From contig CM059431.1 of NCBI GenBank assembly GCA_030390025.1, positions 97,094,001 through 97,158,000 on the forward strand: DNA of 64,000 nt, given 5' to 3'. Positions 37,861-50,496 of this stretch are shown one piece after another (position 1 is the stretch's first letter; the number at the start of each line of letters is the position of its first letter). Both the position numbers and the translations under genes were made by a program. The stretch comes from Squalus acanthias (taxonomy: Eukaryota). The notes under the pieces are model-generated. The model saw nothing but the letters and a program-made list of their open reading frames with translations. It ran no database searches and was not told the DNA's origin.

Positions 37861-38584
37861 ATGATCTCCTTTAGTGCTCTAGTTTGAAAAGGGTGGATTT
37901 TAACTGCGCCCCACCCCCAGCTTCACAGGGCCGCTAAGATGCGTGTGTGTGTGTTTGTGGGTGGGGTGTGGGGGGCGGTGTTGGGGGGTGGGAGTTGCAC
38001 TGTTTTCCTGATGTGTTTCCGCCCTCACCATTTTTACTTGCCTGAATTCAGGCACTGTAAAGCCGCCCACATCAGAGTAGCGGGGCCTAATTTCAGTGAC
38101 AAACTCGCATTGGGACGCGTAGACCATTTTAACCGCGATTAACGCCCGGGCAGTGATTTAACACCCGGCAATGGTTAACGCCAGGGAGTAATGGTGAAAA
38201 GCTATCCCTGTTGCACATTTACAGTATCTCTTCCTACCCCTAATGACGCCAGTGCCCGCCAGGCTTATGCAAATTAGGTGCCCGCCCCCTGATCCTACGA
38301 ACTCTGGTGGGGTTAGCGCTGGGGGCATCAGTGGGCACAATCAGGAACAGTTGCAGGACCAAATATTTACAGGTGTGAGGAAGCATGAATCCAGGAGCAT
38401 CCCTGCAGCTCCGTGTGCTCGTGAAATTCGTTTGTGCTCTCTGCCCGTCCCGTCCCATGGAGAGATGGACATTTCTTCCATTTCCTGAAGAGCGAATGCC
38501 TGACAAGTGGAGCATCATAGGCTGTGTGTTGCTGAATCTGCTTAGATTTACCAGAATGAAACTGGGGCTAAAAGTGATAAATTA

Positions 38585-39505
38585 TGAGAAGGAGGCCATT
38601 CGGCCCATCGTGTCCGTGCCGGCCGAAATAACTATCCAGCCTAATTCCACTTTCCAGCTCTTGGTCCGTAGCCCTGTAGGTTACGACACTTCAAGTGCAT
38701 ATTCTGCTACTTTTTAAATGCAATGAGGGTTTCTGCCTCTACCACCCTTTCAGGCAGTGAGTTCCAGACCCCCACCACCCTCTGGGTGAAAAAAGTTCTC
38801 CTCAACTCCCCTCTAATCCTTCTACCAATTACTTTAAATCTATACCCCCTGGTTATTGACCTCTCTGCTAAGGGAAATAGGTCCTTCCTATCCACTCTAT
38901 CTAGGCCCCTCATAATTTTATACACCTCAATTAAATTTCCCCTCAGCCTCCTCTGTTCCAACAAAAACAACCCCAGCCTATCCAATCTTTCCTCATAGCT
39001 AAAATTCTCCTGTCCTGGCAACATTCTCGTAAATCTCCTCTGTACCCTCTCTAGTGCAATCACATCTTTCCTGTAATGTCATGACCAGAACTGTACGCAG
39101 TACTCTAGCTGCAGCCTAACTACTGTTTTATACAGTTCAAGCGTAACCTCCCTGCTCTTATATTCTATGCCTCAGCTAATAAAGGAAAGCATACCGTAAC
39201 CCTTCTTAACCACCTTATCTACCTGTCCTGCTACCTTCAGGGATCTGTGGACATGTACTCCAAGGTCCCTCTGCTCCTCTACACTTCTCAGTATCCTACC
39301 AGATATTGTATATACCCTTGTCTTGTTAGCCCTCCCCAAATGCATTACCTCACACTTCTCCGGGTTGAATTCCATTTGCCACTTTTCTGCCCACCTGACC
39401 AGTCCATTGATATCTTCCTGCAGTCTACAGCTTTCTTCCTCACTATCAACCACATGGCCAATTTTTGTATCATCCGCAAAGTTCTTAATCATGCCCCCTA
39501 CATTG
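38585..39505 (-). mobile_element. 5'-truncated CR1 LINE
   Basis: ORFs 39172.. (NVGGMIKNFADD) and 38707..39063; same subfamily as the 56484..57953 ORF. Confidence 0.9.
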
Positions 39506-39507
39506 AA

Positions 39508-40642
39508 CGACAACAACAACTTGTATTTATATAGCACCTTTAACATAGTAAAACATCCCAAGGTGCTTCACAGGAGTATTGTAAGACAAAATTTTTTTTG
39601 ACACCGAGCCACATAAGGCTAAATTAGGGCAGGTGACTAAAAGCTTGGTTAGAGGTAGGTTTTAAGGAGCATCTTAAAGGAGTAAAGAGAGGTAGCGAAG
39701 CGGAGAGGTTTAGGCAGGGAATTCCAGAGCTTACGGCCTCAGCAACAGAACGCACAGCCACCAAAGGTTGAGCGATTATAATCAGGAATGCTCAAGAGAG
39801 CAGAATTAGAGGAGCGCAGATATCTTGGGGGGTTGTGGGGCTGAAGGAGATTACAGAGATAGGAAGGGGCAAGGCCTTGGAGGGATTTATAAACAAGGAT
39901 GAGAATTTTGAAATTGAGGTGCTGCTTAACCGGGACCCAAAGTAACAAGCGAGCACAGGGGAGATGGACGAACGGGACTTGGTGCGAGTTAGGACATGGG
40001 CAGCAGAGTTTTGGATGACATCAAGTTTACGTAGCGTGGAATGTGGAAGGCCAGCCAGGAGTGTGTTGGAATAGTCAAGTCTAGAGGTAACAAAGGCATG
40101 GATGAGGGTTTCAGCAGCGGATGAGCTGAGGCAAGGGCGAAGACGGGCGATGTTATGGAGGTGGAAGTAGGCGGTCTTTGTTATGCTGCAAATATGTGGT
40201 CGGAAGCTCATTTCAGGGTCAAATATGACACCAAGATTGCGAACAGTGTGGTTCAGCCTCAGACAGATGTTAGGGAGAGGGATGGAGTCAATGACTAGGG
40301 AACAGAGTTTGTGGCGGAGACCAAAAACAATGGCTTCGGTCTTCCCAAAATTTAAATGGAGAACATTTTTGCTCATCCAGAACTGCAGTCTGACAATTTA
40401 GAGACCGTGGAGGGGTTGAGAGAAGAGGTAGTGATGTAGAGCTGGGTGTCATCAGCGTACATGTGGAAACTGACTCTGTGTTTTTGGATGATGTCGCCAA
40501 GGGGCAACATGTAGATGAGAAATAGGAGGGGGCCAAGGATAGATCCTTGGGGGACACCAGAGGTAACGATGCGGGAGTGGGAAGAAAAGCCGTTGCAGGT
40601 GATTCTCTGGCTACGATTAGATAGATAAGAATGGAACCAGGC
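39508..40642 (-). mobile_element. L2 LINE 3' part
   Basis: [46 protein letters not shown]; tail aaggtgctatataaatacaagttgttgttg. Confidence 0.9.
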
Positions 40643-40644
40643 GT

Positions 40645-41030
40645 TTAAATCATTGATATATTCCCTCAAGTGTAGAAGATTAAGGGGTGATCTAATTGAG
40701 GTGTTTAAGATGATTAAAGGAGTTGATAGGGTAGATAGAGAGAAACTATTTCCTCTGGTGGGGGGAGTCCAGAATAAGGGGGCGTAACCTTAAAATTAGA
40801 GCCAGGCCGTTCAGGGGTGATGTCAGGAAGCACTTCTTCACACAAAGGGTGGTGGGAATCTGGAACTCTCTCCCCCCAAAAGCTGTTGCGGCTGAGGGTC
40901 AATAGAAAATTTCAAAACTGAGATTGATGGATTTTTGTTAAGTAAGGGTATTAAGGGTACCAAGGCGGGTAGATGGAGTTCAGGTACAGATCAGCCATGA
41001 TCGAATTGAATGGCCTCCTATTCATATGAA
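40645..41030 (+). mobile_element. CR1 3' fragment
   Basis: [26 protein letters not shown]-type sequence plus 3' UTR. Confidence 0.85.
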
Positions 41031-42109
41031 TAACTGCCACTCCTGTTCCATGGCGACAGTGAGAGGCTCCTCATTGATCAATTAACGGATCGGCTAACAC
41101 TGAGTTCAGTACACCTGCCTTCACTTGACTCGTAGGCTATTTTGCAGCGTGAGTGAGCAGTAGGTTTAGCAGGATGGTATATGTTGGGGGGAAGGCAGTA
41201 CTCCAGACAAGGCTGGCCTCAGACTTGCACCTAGTAATCCGACCCTCAGAAGTGTCCTGAATTTAGTGGTCAAGAGAGGCCAGGACTATCGCTCGCAGGG
41301 TCCTTCATGTACAAAAGGACATGGAGTCCGTGTAACACTGAGATCGAATAATCTGAGAATGCTGTTTGCCACTGGATGGAACCCAAGCTGTCAGTGACTC
41401 CTGGGCTAGGACGAGGGGCAAATGGGAACAGTCCCATGCTACCTGGACTGAAGGGCGCAGAGTTGAAGCAGCCTAATTGGTTTCGGTGTAATGGGTACTC
41501 TTAATTCAAAGTCACATGAATTATTTGATCATTCTATATTTGTTAGTGCAAAGCGCACCTTTGAGGTATCAGTAGACTGTAGCTCTAACCCATGGATGAA
41601 AAGATCCGATCGCTCAGATCTCTGAAATGTATTCAGCTGCTTTCAGAAACCATGCAGTGTTGATATCATCAAGCAAAACTTAATTGGTTCTCTGATTAGG
41701 CGGGAACCTCCCACAATCTTCACCAGATGTTGGCGATTTGTTTTATCATCCATATTAATGAAGAGAATCGGCTCCTTATAGATTACTGAGTAAGCTGTTC
41801 ACTGATCTGCGCAGTCCTGATTTGTCCTGTTTCTGATGTCTTTATTACAACTGGAAAAAATCAGGTCGACCATGTAAGCAGAAATGAAAGACCTCCTGCT
41901 CCCTCCCTGGCCCAGACTTGCTGATTGTCTCCCGCTGAGTCGCCATCATTTTCTGCAGCGACCTCCGTTTAACGGAGCCTCTGCTCGTCAGACAGCAATA
42001 ACTTCCTAAAGCCATTAGAGCTCCCACTCTCCAGCACCCCGTAACTCCGTGCTCTCTGATTGACTCCTGCTGTCACCATCTGTCCCGCTCTCAGTGCCGA
42101 ATGCTGATG

Positions 42110-42292
42110 GAACATAGGATATACGGCACAGAAACAGGCCATTCGGCCCAACCAGTCCATGCTGGCATTTATGCTCCACTCGAGACTCCTCCTGTCTTTC
42201 CTCATCTAAATCTATCAGCCTCCATAACCCTCTATTCCCTTCCCCCTCATATGCTTGTCTAGCCTCCCCTGAAATGCATCTATACTATTCGC
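42110..42292 (-). mobile_element. CR1 3'-end fragment
   Basis: Reverse homolog of 62745-62925. Confidence 0.8.
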
Positions 42293-43431
42293 TCACAAGC
42301 TGTACAATCAAACAAATACCAGTATAATGGGGCAACTGTGTAATCGTGCAGCGGTTCCCAGGTGTGACTCTCTAATGGACGTTCTCTTGCCCTACTGCTT
42401 TGATGTATCTGAAAGTATCATTATGGGTTTATTTTCTCAAATCTGTTCAGTCAGAGAGGCCAGTGTCCCAGAGGCTCTGCATGTCCAGGCTCCACAGCCA
42501 TGTTAATTCCTGATGCCCGACTATGTTGTCACTGACTGATTTCTGTCACTAGTCGAGGGTTTGTTACGGACATGAAGCCAGTTTCATGCTGCCCTGGAAT
42601 CTGCGAGGTTTTCTCACGGCGTGTATTTTGTTAGTTGTAGGTGACGAATTGTTCCCTTCAGTCGCGGAGTGAGTGGGGGAGTCGCTGTTCAGCCAGGTGT
42701 TGGACAGAGAAGTCACAGCAGCTGCAAACAATGGCACTGAGGTGAACGAATGTAAGGAGACATTTACAATGGAACAGAAAAATAAACACATACATTCAGT
42801 AAACAGAAACCTCATTTACGTTGTCCTGACAACGGCCACTGAAGAGAAACATTTATTAAAGTTGAATATCCCAGATCAGTAAGAGTGATTCCCGAGTTTA
42901 TTAAATTCAACAAAATCCAAGCATGCAGGAGCTGTCTCACATTAATTGAAAATCAACATCAGCAGCTGCTCTAAACCCAACGACTGATCCTGCTCCAAAT
43001 CCTTCGCATCCACAATACCGCAAGTCCCTTCAAATTTTAACATTGAATTGGCTAAAATTCATTTGTAATTCTTGAATTAGGTCTTGAATTCCTCTCTCCC
43101 CACACAGCATTCTATACTCCAAACTGGTGCCACACTTGGTCAGATTCTGCCTTAATGCCAAGGACTCTCACCTCACCTCTGGAATTCAGCTCTTGTGTCC
43201 ATGTTTGGACCAAGGCTGTAATGCGGTCTGGAGCCGAGTGGTCCTGCCAGAACCCAAACTGAGCATAGGTGAGCAGGTTATTGAAGAGCAAGTGTCGCTT
43301 GATAGCACTGTCGACAGCACTTTCCATCACTACACTGATGATTGGGTGCAAGCTGATGGGGTGGTAATTGGCTGGGCTGGATTTTTCCTGCTTTTTGTGG
43401 ACAGGACATACCTGGGCAATTTTACACATTG

Positions 43432-43782
43432 AAACAACAACAGAAAACGCTGGAAAACTCAGCAAGCCAGGCAACATCCGTGGAGAGAGAAACAGAGTTT
43501 GTTTCTTAACCTGTCCTATTACCATCTCGTCTTGCCTTGAGCATCTCTTAATGTCTCTACTTACCATAGACCACCCCTTTTGTTCTTTTATTCCTCCCCC
43601 CAGCCTCCCCCTTGCTTTTTTATCTGTTTCATTTCCTGCTTTTTTCTCAGTTCTGACGAAGGGTTTCGACCTGAACCGTTAACTCTGTTTCTCTCTCCAC
43701 GGATGTTGCCTGGCCTGCTGAGTTTTCCAGCGTTTTCTGTTGTTGTTTCAATTTTCCAGCATCCGCAGTATTTTGCTATCGT
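43432..43782 (+). mobile_element. Penelope-type insertion with an inverted 5' copy
   Basis: TSD AATTTT(A/G)CACATTG at 43418-43431 and 43783-43796; inverted repeat 43429-43499 vs 43681-43751. Confidence 0.8.
43649..43684 (+). ncRNA. Minimal hammerhead ribozyme motif, one core mismatch
   Basis: AGUU-CUGACGA-A-GGGU(UUCG)ACCU-GAAC-CG-UU^AACU; GAAC replaces GAAA. Confidence 0.65.
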
Positions 43783-44049
43783 AATTTTGCACATTGTCGG
43801 GTAGATGCCTTGTTGTAGCTGTATTGGAACAGCTTAGCTAAGGCTATGGCTAGTTTTTGAGCACAGGTCTTCAGCACGACAGCCAAGATATTGTTGGGGC
43901 CCACAGTCTTTGCTATATCCAATGAACTCAGCTGTTTCTTGATGTCACAAGTAGTGAATCAAATAGTTTGAAGACTGGCATCTGTGATGATGGGGAACTC
44001 AGGAGGAGGCCTAGATGGATCATCCACTTGGCACTTCTGGCTGAAGATG

Positions 44050-44323
44050 GTGTGGGTTAGGTTGATTTGGCTATGATAAATTGACCCTTAGTGTTAGGGG
44101 GGATTAAATATGTGGGGTTATGGGGATAGGATGGGATATGTTAGGGGGAATTAAATACGTGGGGTTACGGGGGTAGGGTGGGATATGTGTACTGTGGGGA
44201 TTAAAGCAGGGACAGGGTACTGGATTTGGATGATCAGCCATGATCGTATTGAATGGCGGAGCAGGCTCGACGGGCCGAATGGCCTACTCCTGCTCCTAGA
44301 TTCTATGTTTCTATGTTTCTATG
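44050..44323 (+). mobile_element. SINE fragment with CR1-type tail (V-SINE/HE1-like)
   Basis: gggttaggttgatttggctatgataaattgaccc segment followed by a CR1 3' UTR and tttctatg tail. Confidence 0.5.
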
Positions 44324-45364
44324 TTACAAATGTCTCAGCCTTGTCCTTTACACTCACGTGCTGGGCTCCGCCATCATTGAGGATGGGGATGTTCATGAAG
44401 CCAACTCTTTTTAGTTGCTTAATTGTCCACCACCATTGATGACTGGATGTGACAGGACTGCAGAACTTTGATCTGATATGTTGGTTGTGGGATCGCTTAG
44501 CTCTGTCTATAGCATGCTGCTTTCAGCATTTTTAGGTTCGCCTGGTGCTGTTCCTGGCATGCAGTTCTACACTCCTTATTGAACCAGGGTTGGTTGCCTA
44601 GCTTGATGGTAAAGGTAGAGTGAGGGATATACTGGTTACAGAGGTTACAGATTGTGGTGGAATACAATTCTGCTGCTGCTGATGATGCACAGTGCCACAT
44701 GGATCCCCAGTTTTGAGCTGCTAGATCTGTCCTTAATCTATCCCATTTAGCACGATGGAGGGTGTCCTTAGTATGAAGACAGGACTTGGTCTCCATGAGG
44801 ACTGTGCATGTGTGGTGGTCACTCCTACTAATGCTGTTAGGGACAGATGCATCTGTAACAAGTATATTTGTGAGGATGAGGTCAAGTAGGTTATTCCCTC
44901 ACTACCTGCTGTAAGATCAGTTTAGCAGCTATTTCCTTCAGGACTTGTGTAGGCTACCCACCCAAAATATTGAAATAACACCATCCCTGGGATTTGAGAT
45001 AGGGTCAATGCCTTGAATAGTCGATGGCGAGACGTTCCGCCCTGCCATACTTCCAGCAGAGGGATGGGAACTCAACAATTTTGGGCACTAATAGCATAAT
45101 TGTCTAACTGTGTATCTGTGTAACACATAACAGTGTATTTGTATGAACATATAACATTGTAATGGAGTGACTGTATAATTATGTAGCTGTCAAGTAGTGT
45201 AATTATTTAATTGTGTAGCTATGTAGCAGTGTAACTGTATTACCACGTAACAGTGTAACTGGATAACAGTATTAATGTATAACTATATTACAGTGTACCT
45301 GTGTCAATTAATATGTTTATAACAATGTTACTTCATAACAGGAGTTCTGATTTTCTCCTAAGAG

Positions 45365-45850
45365 GGAACGGTGACATAGTGGTTATATTACTGGACTAGT
45401 AATCCCGAGGCCTGGACTAATGAACCGGAGACCTGAGTTCATAATCCCACCATGGCAGCTGGGGAATTTAAATTCAGTTAATTAAATAAATCTGGAATAA
45501 AAAGCTTGTATCAGTAAAGGTGACCATGAAACTATCGGATTGTCGTAAAAACCCATCTGGTTCACTAATGTCCTTTAGGGAAGGAAATCTGCCGTCCTTA
45601 CCTGGTCTGGCCTACATGTGACTCCAGACCCACAGCGATGTGGTTGACTCTTAACTGCCCTCTGAAATGGCCCAGCAAGCCACTCAGTTGTAACAAAACT
45701 GCTACGAGAAACAAAAATCCCTCCCTAACAGCACTGTGGGAGTACCTTCACCACATGGAGCTCACCACCACCTTCTCAAGGGCAATTAGGGATGGGCAAT
45801 AAATGCTGGCCTCGGCAGTGATGTCTACATCCCAGAACGAATAAAAAAAA
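45365..45850 (+). mobile_element. tRNA-derived SINE whose tail comes from LINE family B
   Basis: tRNA-like head (ggtgacatagtggtta..gagttcataatccc); 45720-45830 matches the LINE 3' end at 52340-52470. Confidence 0.85.
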
Positions 45851-46274
45851 GGTTGTGAATTATTTACAGTTTGCCTGGAATAACTGAAGAAAAACACACG
45901 AGTTACTGTGTTTCCTTTGGGCAGATGGGGATTAAGCGATTTATCCAACTAACTGGGTAACTTGTGTCCACTATAAATTGAGTGCGCTATAGTATTAGAA
46001 CAATACTCAGAATGTTGGTCAATCGCAGGGTGCAGACTGAGGGCCAGAATCAGGAGAGGTGCTTGGCAACTCGTGCTCGACAAAGGCTCATGGGACTGAG
46101 CTGGCCCTCCTTCCATGGCAGCTCACCGTTGGCGGGAAACCGCTGCTATTTACATCTCTCAAATTTATTCTTGGGCAACCTAGTGTTGCCCACCCATGTT
46201 CTACTGGTGTAGTGCTCTGTAGATCTGTGTTACAGGTGAACCTCTAGATCATTGTATTTGTACATATAATCCTA

Positions 46275-46390
46275 GGTATCTGGACCCCCAGGTCTGTGTA
46301 TCTGGACCCTCATCTATGTATCTGAACCCTCATCTATGTATCTGGACCCCCAGGTCTGTGTATCTGGACCCCCAGGTCTGTGTATCTGCT
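46275..46390. repeat. 20-22-bp tandem repeat (TATCTGGACCCCCAGGTCTGTG and variants), ~5 copies
   Basis: Direct repeats. Confidence 0.8.
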
Positions 46391-47289
46391 CCACTGGGTA
46401 TTATTTTAACTCCCTTTGCTGCAATGTTGGTGAGAAGAAAAGAATTGGATCAGCACATGGGCTTTGGTCCTTATTAGGTGCCTTAACATCTATAATTGAA
46501 AGAATGGCTGTAGCTACTGTAGCATGTGTGTGAAGTGGAGGATTTGACTGGCTCTCGGTCAGCTCCTAGCTAAAGGAAACCACACACCAGTGTTGGTGGT
46601 GTGGCTGGTTTCCTTGGCTGGCCAGCAGGTTAGCATTGGGTTGGGATATCACATCACAGCTAAGGCCTGCTGACCAAGTGCGTGGGAGTAGGTGACCTAG
46701 TGCGGTAACACTCACTGTCATACCCTCCTGACCCACAGAGCTCTCCCACTGGGTGAGGCTTTGCACTGGGAGCATTTGCTCCTAGAATTCACCCTGAGTG
46801 TCAATGCTATGTCAGAAATGAGAACAGCAATAAAAGGATGTATAGAAGAATCCTGGGAACATTGAGAGAGTGGCCAAGATAAGTGATTGCAATGGGAACA
46901 ATGCTCTGCACTCCACAGCATTGCTTGCTTGTGAGAAGATTCCTGTTGCTATAGCCACAGCTAACACACAGTATACCTTAAGGGGAAAGAGACCTGAGTG
47001 GAGCTGGAGGTTTACTCTATAAGGAGTTGGGCTGTGTAACTATGAATGATTGGGAACATAAACTGTGGAAATCTGCAGCAGGGAACAGCTGACACTTAGT
47101 GCATAGAATGAGCCTGCACTGTAATGATTGAATGGGCAAAGGACAGCTCATCTTTTCATTTCGAAATACTTCTGCAGAATTACAACCGGCAAAACAGGAA
47201 CCATGTGAGAAATTGCACGATAGATAGTTAGAGAGGCAGAGGTGTAATTAAATACAGGCAGAGCGGGATCTGTGAACCCCAGACTTTTA

Positions 47290-47725
47290 AAAAGAAAGAC
47301 TTGCATTTATATAGCACCTTTCACATCCACCGGACGTCCCAAAGCACTTTACAGCCAATGAAGTACTTTTTTTTTAAGTGTAGTCACTGTTGTAATATAG
47401 GAAACGCGGCAGCCAATTTGCACACAGCAAGCTCCCACAAACAGCAATGTGATAATGACCAGATAATCTGTTTTTGTTATGTTGATTGAGGGATAAATAT
47501 TGGCCAGGACACCGGGGGTAACTCCCCTGCTCTTCTTCGAAATAGTGTCACGGGATCTTTTACGTCCACCTGAGAGCAGACGAGGCCTCGGTTTAACGTC
47601 TCATCCGAAAGACAGCATCTCCAACAGTGCAACACTCCCTCAGTACTGCACTGGAGTGTGAGCCTAGATTTTTTTGTGTTCAAGGCTCTAGAGTGGGACT
47701 CAGGCGAGAGTGCTACCAACTGAGA
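47290..47725 (-). mobile_element. Deu-SINE-like copy
   Basis: Reverse complement of the 11208 family, including the tail. Confidence 0.85.
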
Positions 47726-49204
47726 CACTGGCTGACAGACTCAAAACTGTGAAACACACTGTTGGGACCATGTGCACTGGGTGCAGTATAACTAAAGTCA
47801 GTCTGGCACTGCCTGGGGCCGTGTGCACTGGGTGCAGTATAACTACAGTCAGTCTGATACTGCAAATCCAGGGGTAACAAATAAATACTAGTGAGGCTGC
47901 GTTAGATGGAAAGTTAATCAAACCTGTCAGCTTTTTGTTGTACATTTGGAATTTTAATAGGAGGCAGATGCCTGTGTTTAAGTGAATATAACCAGACTGG
48001 ACACACTCAGCACAACGACAAACACTCCCAAATCACACCAGTATAGCCAGGGCTGGACAGGCTCATGCTGCATTCCTTGGAACTCCTGCAGCAAGAGCCA
48101 GTACCGTTTAAAATGGTTTCCTTTTTATGCCAATCTTGGTTACAACTCTGCATTAGAAAGGACGAATGACATTCAGCCATAGTTAAGATGGTATAGCTAT
48201 CAGGATAAACTCACTGATACCCCGCTCGCAGGGAGATAGGGCCAAGGACAGAGTGACACTGAATCTCCAATACATGCTCCCTTCGAGCACAGCTGGATCA
48301 GTGAACTCCCCTCATGTTAACCCACTGGCTCTGGATCAAACAATGGAGAAGTGCCTCTAATTGGAGGAAGAGAAGACCAAAAATGAAACAATGCCCATCT
48401 CCTAGTATTCTGTGGGCCCCAGTCCAGGAACTGTTAAGCACTTCGCGCGCACACACACCTGAATCTATCTGAATATAGAAATCATGGTTCTGAAGGAGTC
48501 TAATGGTGTACAGCACTTTGCACCACAATACAATGATACACACAGAGTTTAGCTGTAAATTACAAATTGCCATTGGACCCACTTTCTCACAGCCTCAGTT
48601 GCAATTATTTTGTATAATAACCAGTCTTGAATTGAGCAGCCATTCGCAATGAGTACATTTGGGGAGGTCCTGAGGGAGATCACAAGAACTTCTTGAGTGC
48701 TGACTTTTGCTATTATGTTCTTTTCATAAACTTCCTTTTTAAAATATTAGCCTTTAAATGCACGTTTTAAATACACTGTTTGTGACAGACTGGAATATAA
48801 TACACGCTTCTGGGTGAATTGCATTAGAATTTAGAAATTCTTACTTTAAACACAATGTGTGACACAGCAGGAACATTAAGTAAATCAATTTCCTCGACAA
48901 TAAAGTTTGTTCATCCAAAAGATATTTTATGTTGGAAAGCAACAGAAATGTATTATATTTAAAGACTCATTTTAGAAATACAATAGAGTTAAAGTAATAA
49001 CCTCAGCTCTCAAGCTATTATCATTCATCCTTCAAATTGGTTTCTATTTAAGCCTTTGATTCCCTCATTGTTATCCAGTTACATAATGCAATTAAAATGT
49101 AATTTTAACTAAAGCGTGAGATACAGTGAATAAACTGAGAATTGTGAGTAAAACAGAATATTTTCCATTTTATTTGTTTGTTGAATCAGCCACACACTAA
49201 CATG

Positions 49205-49320
49205 CCAGCTTGGCTCAGTTGGTAGAACTTTCCTCTCTAACTCAGAAATTCATGGGTTCGAGCTCCACTCTAGGACCGGTCCTTATAATTTAGCTGATTG
49301 TGCAGTACTGAAGGAGCAAT
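49205..49320 (+). mobile_element. SINE head running into a minisatellite
   Basis: tggctcagttggtag A box, gggttcgagctcc B box, gcagtactgaaggag. Confidence 0.7.
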
Positions 49321-49832
49321 GCATTGCTGCAGGTGATGGGGGAGTTGCATTGCTGCAGGTGTTGCGGGAGCTGCATTGCTGCAGGTGATGGGGGCGTTGC
49401 ATTGCTGCAGGTGATGGGGGAGTTGCATTGCTGCAGGTGATGGGGGAGCTGCATTGCTGCATGTGATGGGGGAGTTGCATTGCTGCAGGTGTTGCGGGAG
49501 CTGCATTGCTGCAGGTGTTGCGGGAGCTACATTGCTGCATGTGATGGGGGAGTTGCATTGCTGCAGGTGTTGCGGGGGCTGCATTGCTGCAGGTGTTGCA
49601 GGAGCTGCATTGCTGCAGGTGATGGGGGAGTTGCATTGCTGCAGGTGTTGCGGGAGCTGCATTGCTGCAGGTGTTGCGGGAGCTGCATTGCTGCATGTGA
49701 TGGGGGAGTTGCATTGCTGCAGGTGTTGCGGGGGCTGCATTGCTGCAGGTGTTGCGGGAGCTGCATTGCTGCAGGTGTTGCGGGAGCTGCATTGCTGCAG
49801 GTGTTGCGGGAGCTGCATTGCTGCAGGTGTTG
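49320..49832. repeat. 26-bp minisatellite, ~20 copies, two interleaved variants
   Basis: GCATTGCTGCAGGTGATGGGGGAGTT and GCATTGCTGCAGGTGTTGCGGGAGCT. Confidence 0.95.
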
Positions 49833-50496
49833 TGCGGAGATCTTTTATTCTGGCAGCCTGTCAGGCCAGGGAGCAGATTACCCCTGTTTTCCTGGACTGG
49901 GGCAGCAGCCAGAGTCCTGCTCCATCACTGCAGCCTAAGTGGCCTACAGACCCCGGGAGCGACATTGGGAGTCTCCAGCAGCAGGAGAATTAAACTCATT
50001 TGCCTGGATTGTCTTCATCCTGACCCCGGGAGCCCTGCCTGTAATGAGAGGGCAGGAGGCTGCCACCAAAAAGGAAAAATACAATTTTTATACTTACCTG
50101 AATGTGGAGCCAGAAGGAGCGAGAGTGCTGCTCCACACATCAAAACTACCGCCACCACTCCCTCTTCCCGACCCCACCCTCCTGATGTCCCCCACCCCCT
50201 GCGATCTCCTACCCCCCGCGATCTCCCGCCCCAATCTCACCCTGCTCCCCAAACCACTGGGTTCGTTTTGAAGTCGGCCGCCGACCAATTTCTCGGCCAT
50301 TGTTTCACTGAGAAAAACATGAAAACGCTGCTCGCCGACACACTGCCCTCACGGTACACAGGCCCGGGTTTAGGGAGGGGCTGTTTGCTGAGCCACACTG
50401 ATCATTGAGGAGCCGGGCTTTCCTTAGCTTGGCAAAACGCTAGTGATAATTTGGCACAACAAAGGCAATTTTCAGTTTGCAGTTCCACAGTATGTT

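Larger units (their letters stand above)
43125..44945 (-). mobile_element. Decayed LINE family B with nested insertions
   Basis: KIAQVCPVHKKQ..QFGF..SAPD and QPWFNKECRTACQEQ match the ORF at 50451..51383. Confidence 0.85.

Noticed and set aside
37890..38340. GC-rich stretch that may be another DNA-transposon relic (similar at 7910-8165, 10740-11200 and 49840-50480)
   Set aside because: Could not identify paired TIRs or TSDs.
49270..50408. Cys/Gln-rich repetitive ORFs resembling keratin-associated proteins or metallothionein
   Set aside because: 26-bp unit is not a multiple of three; products of the minisatellite.
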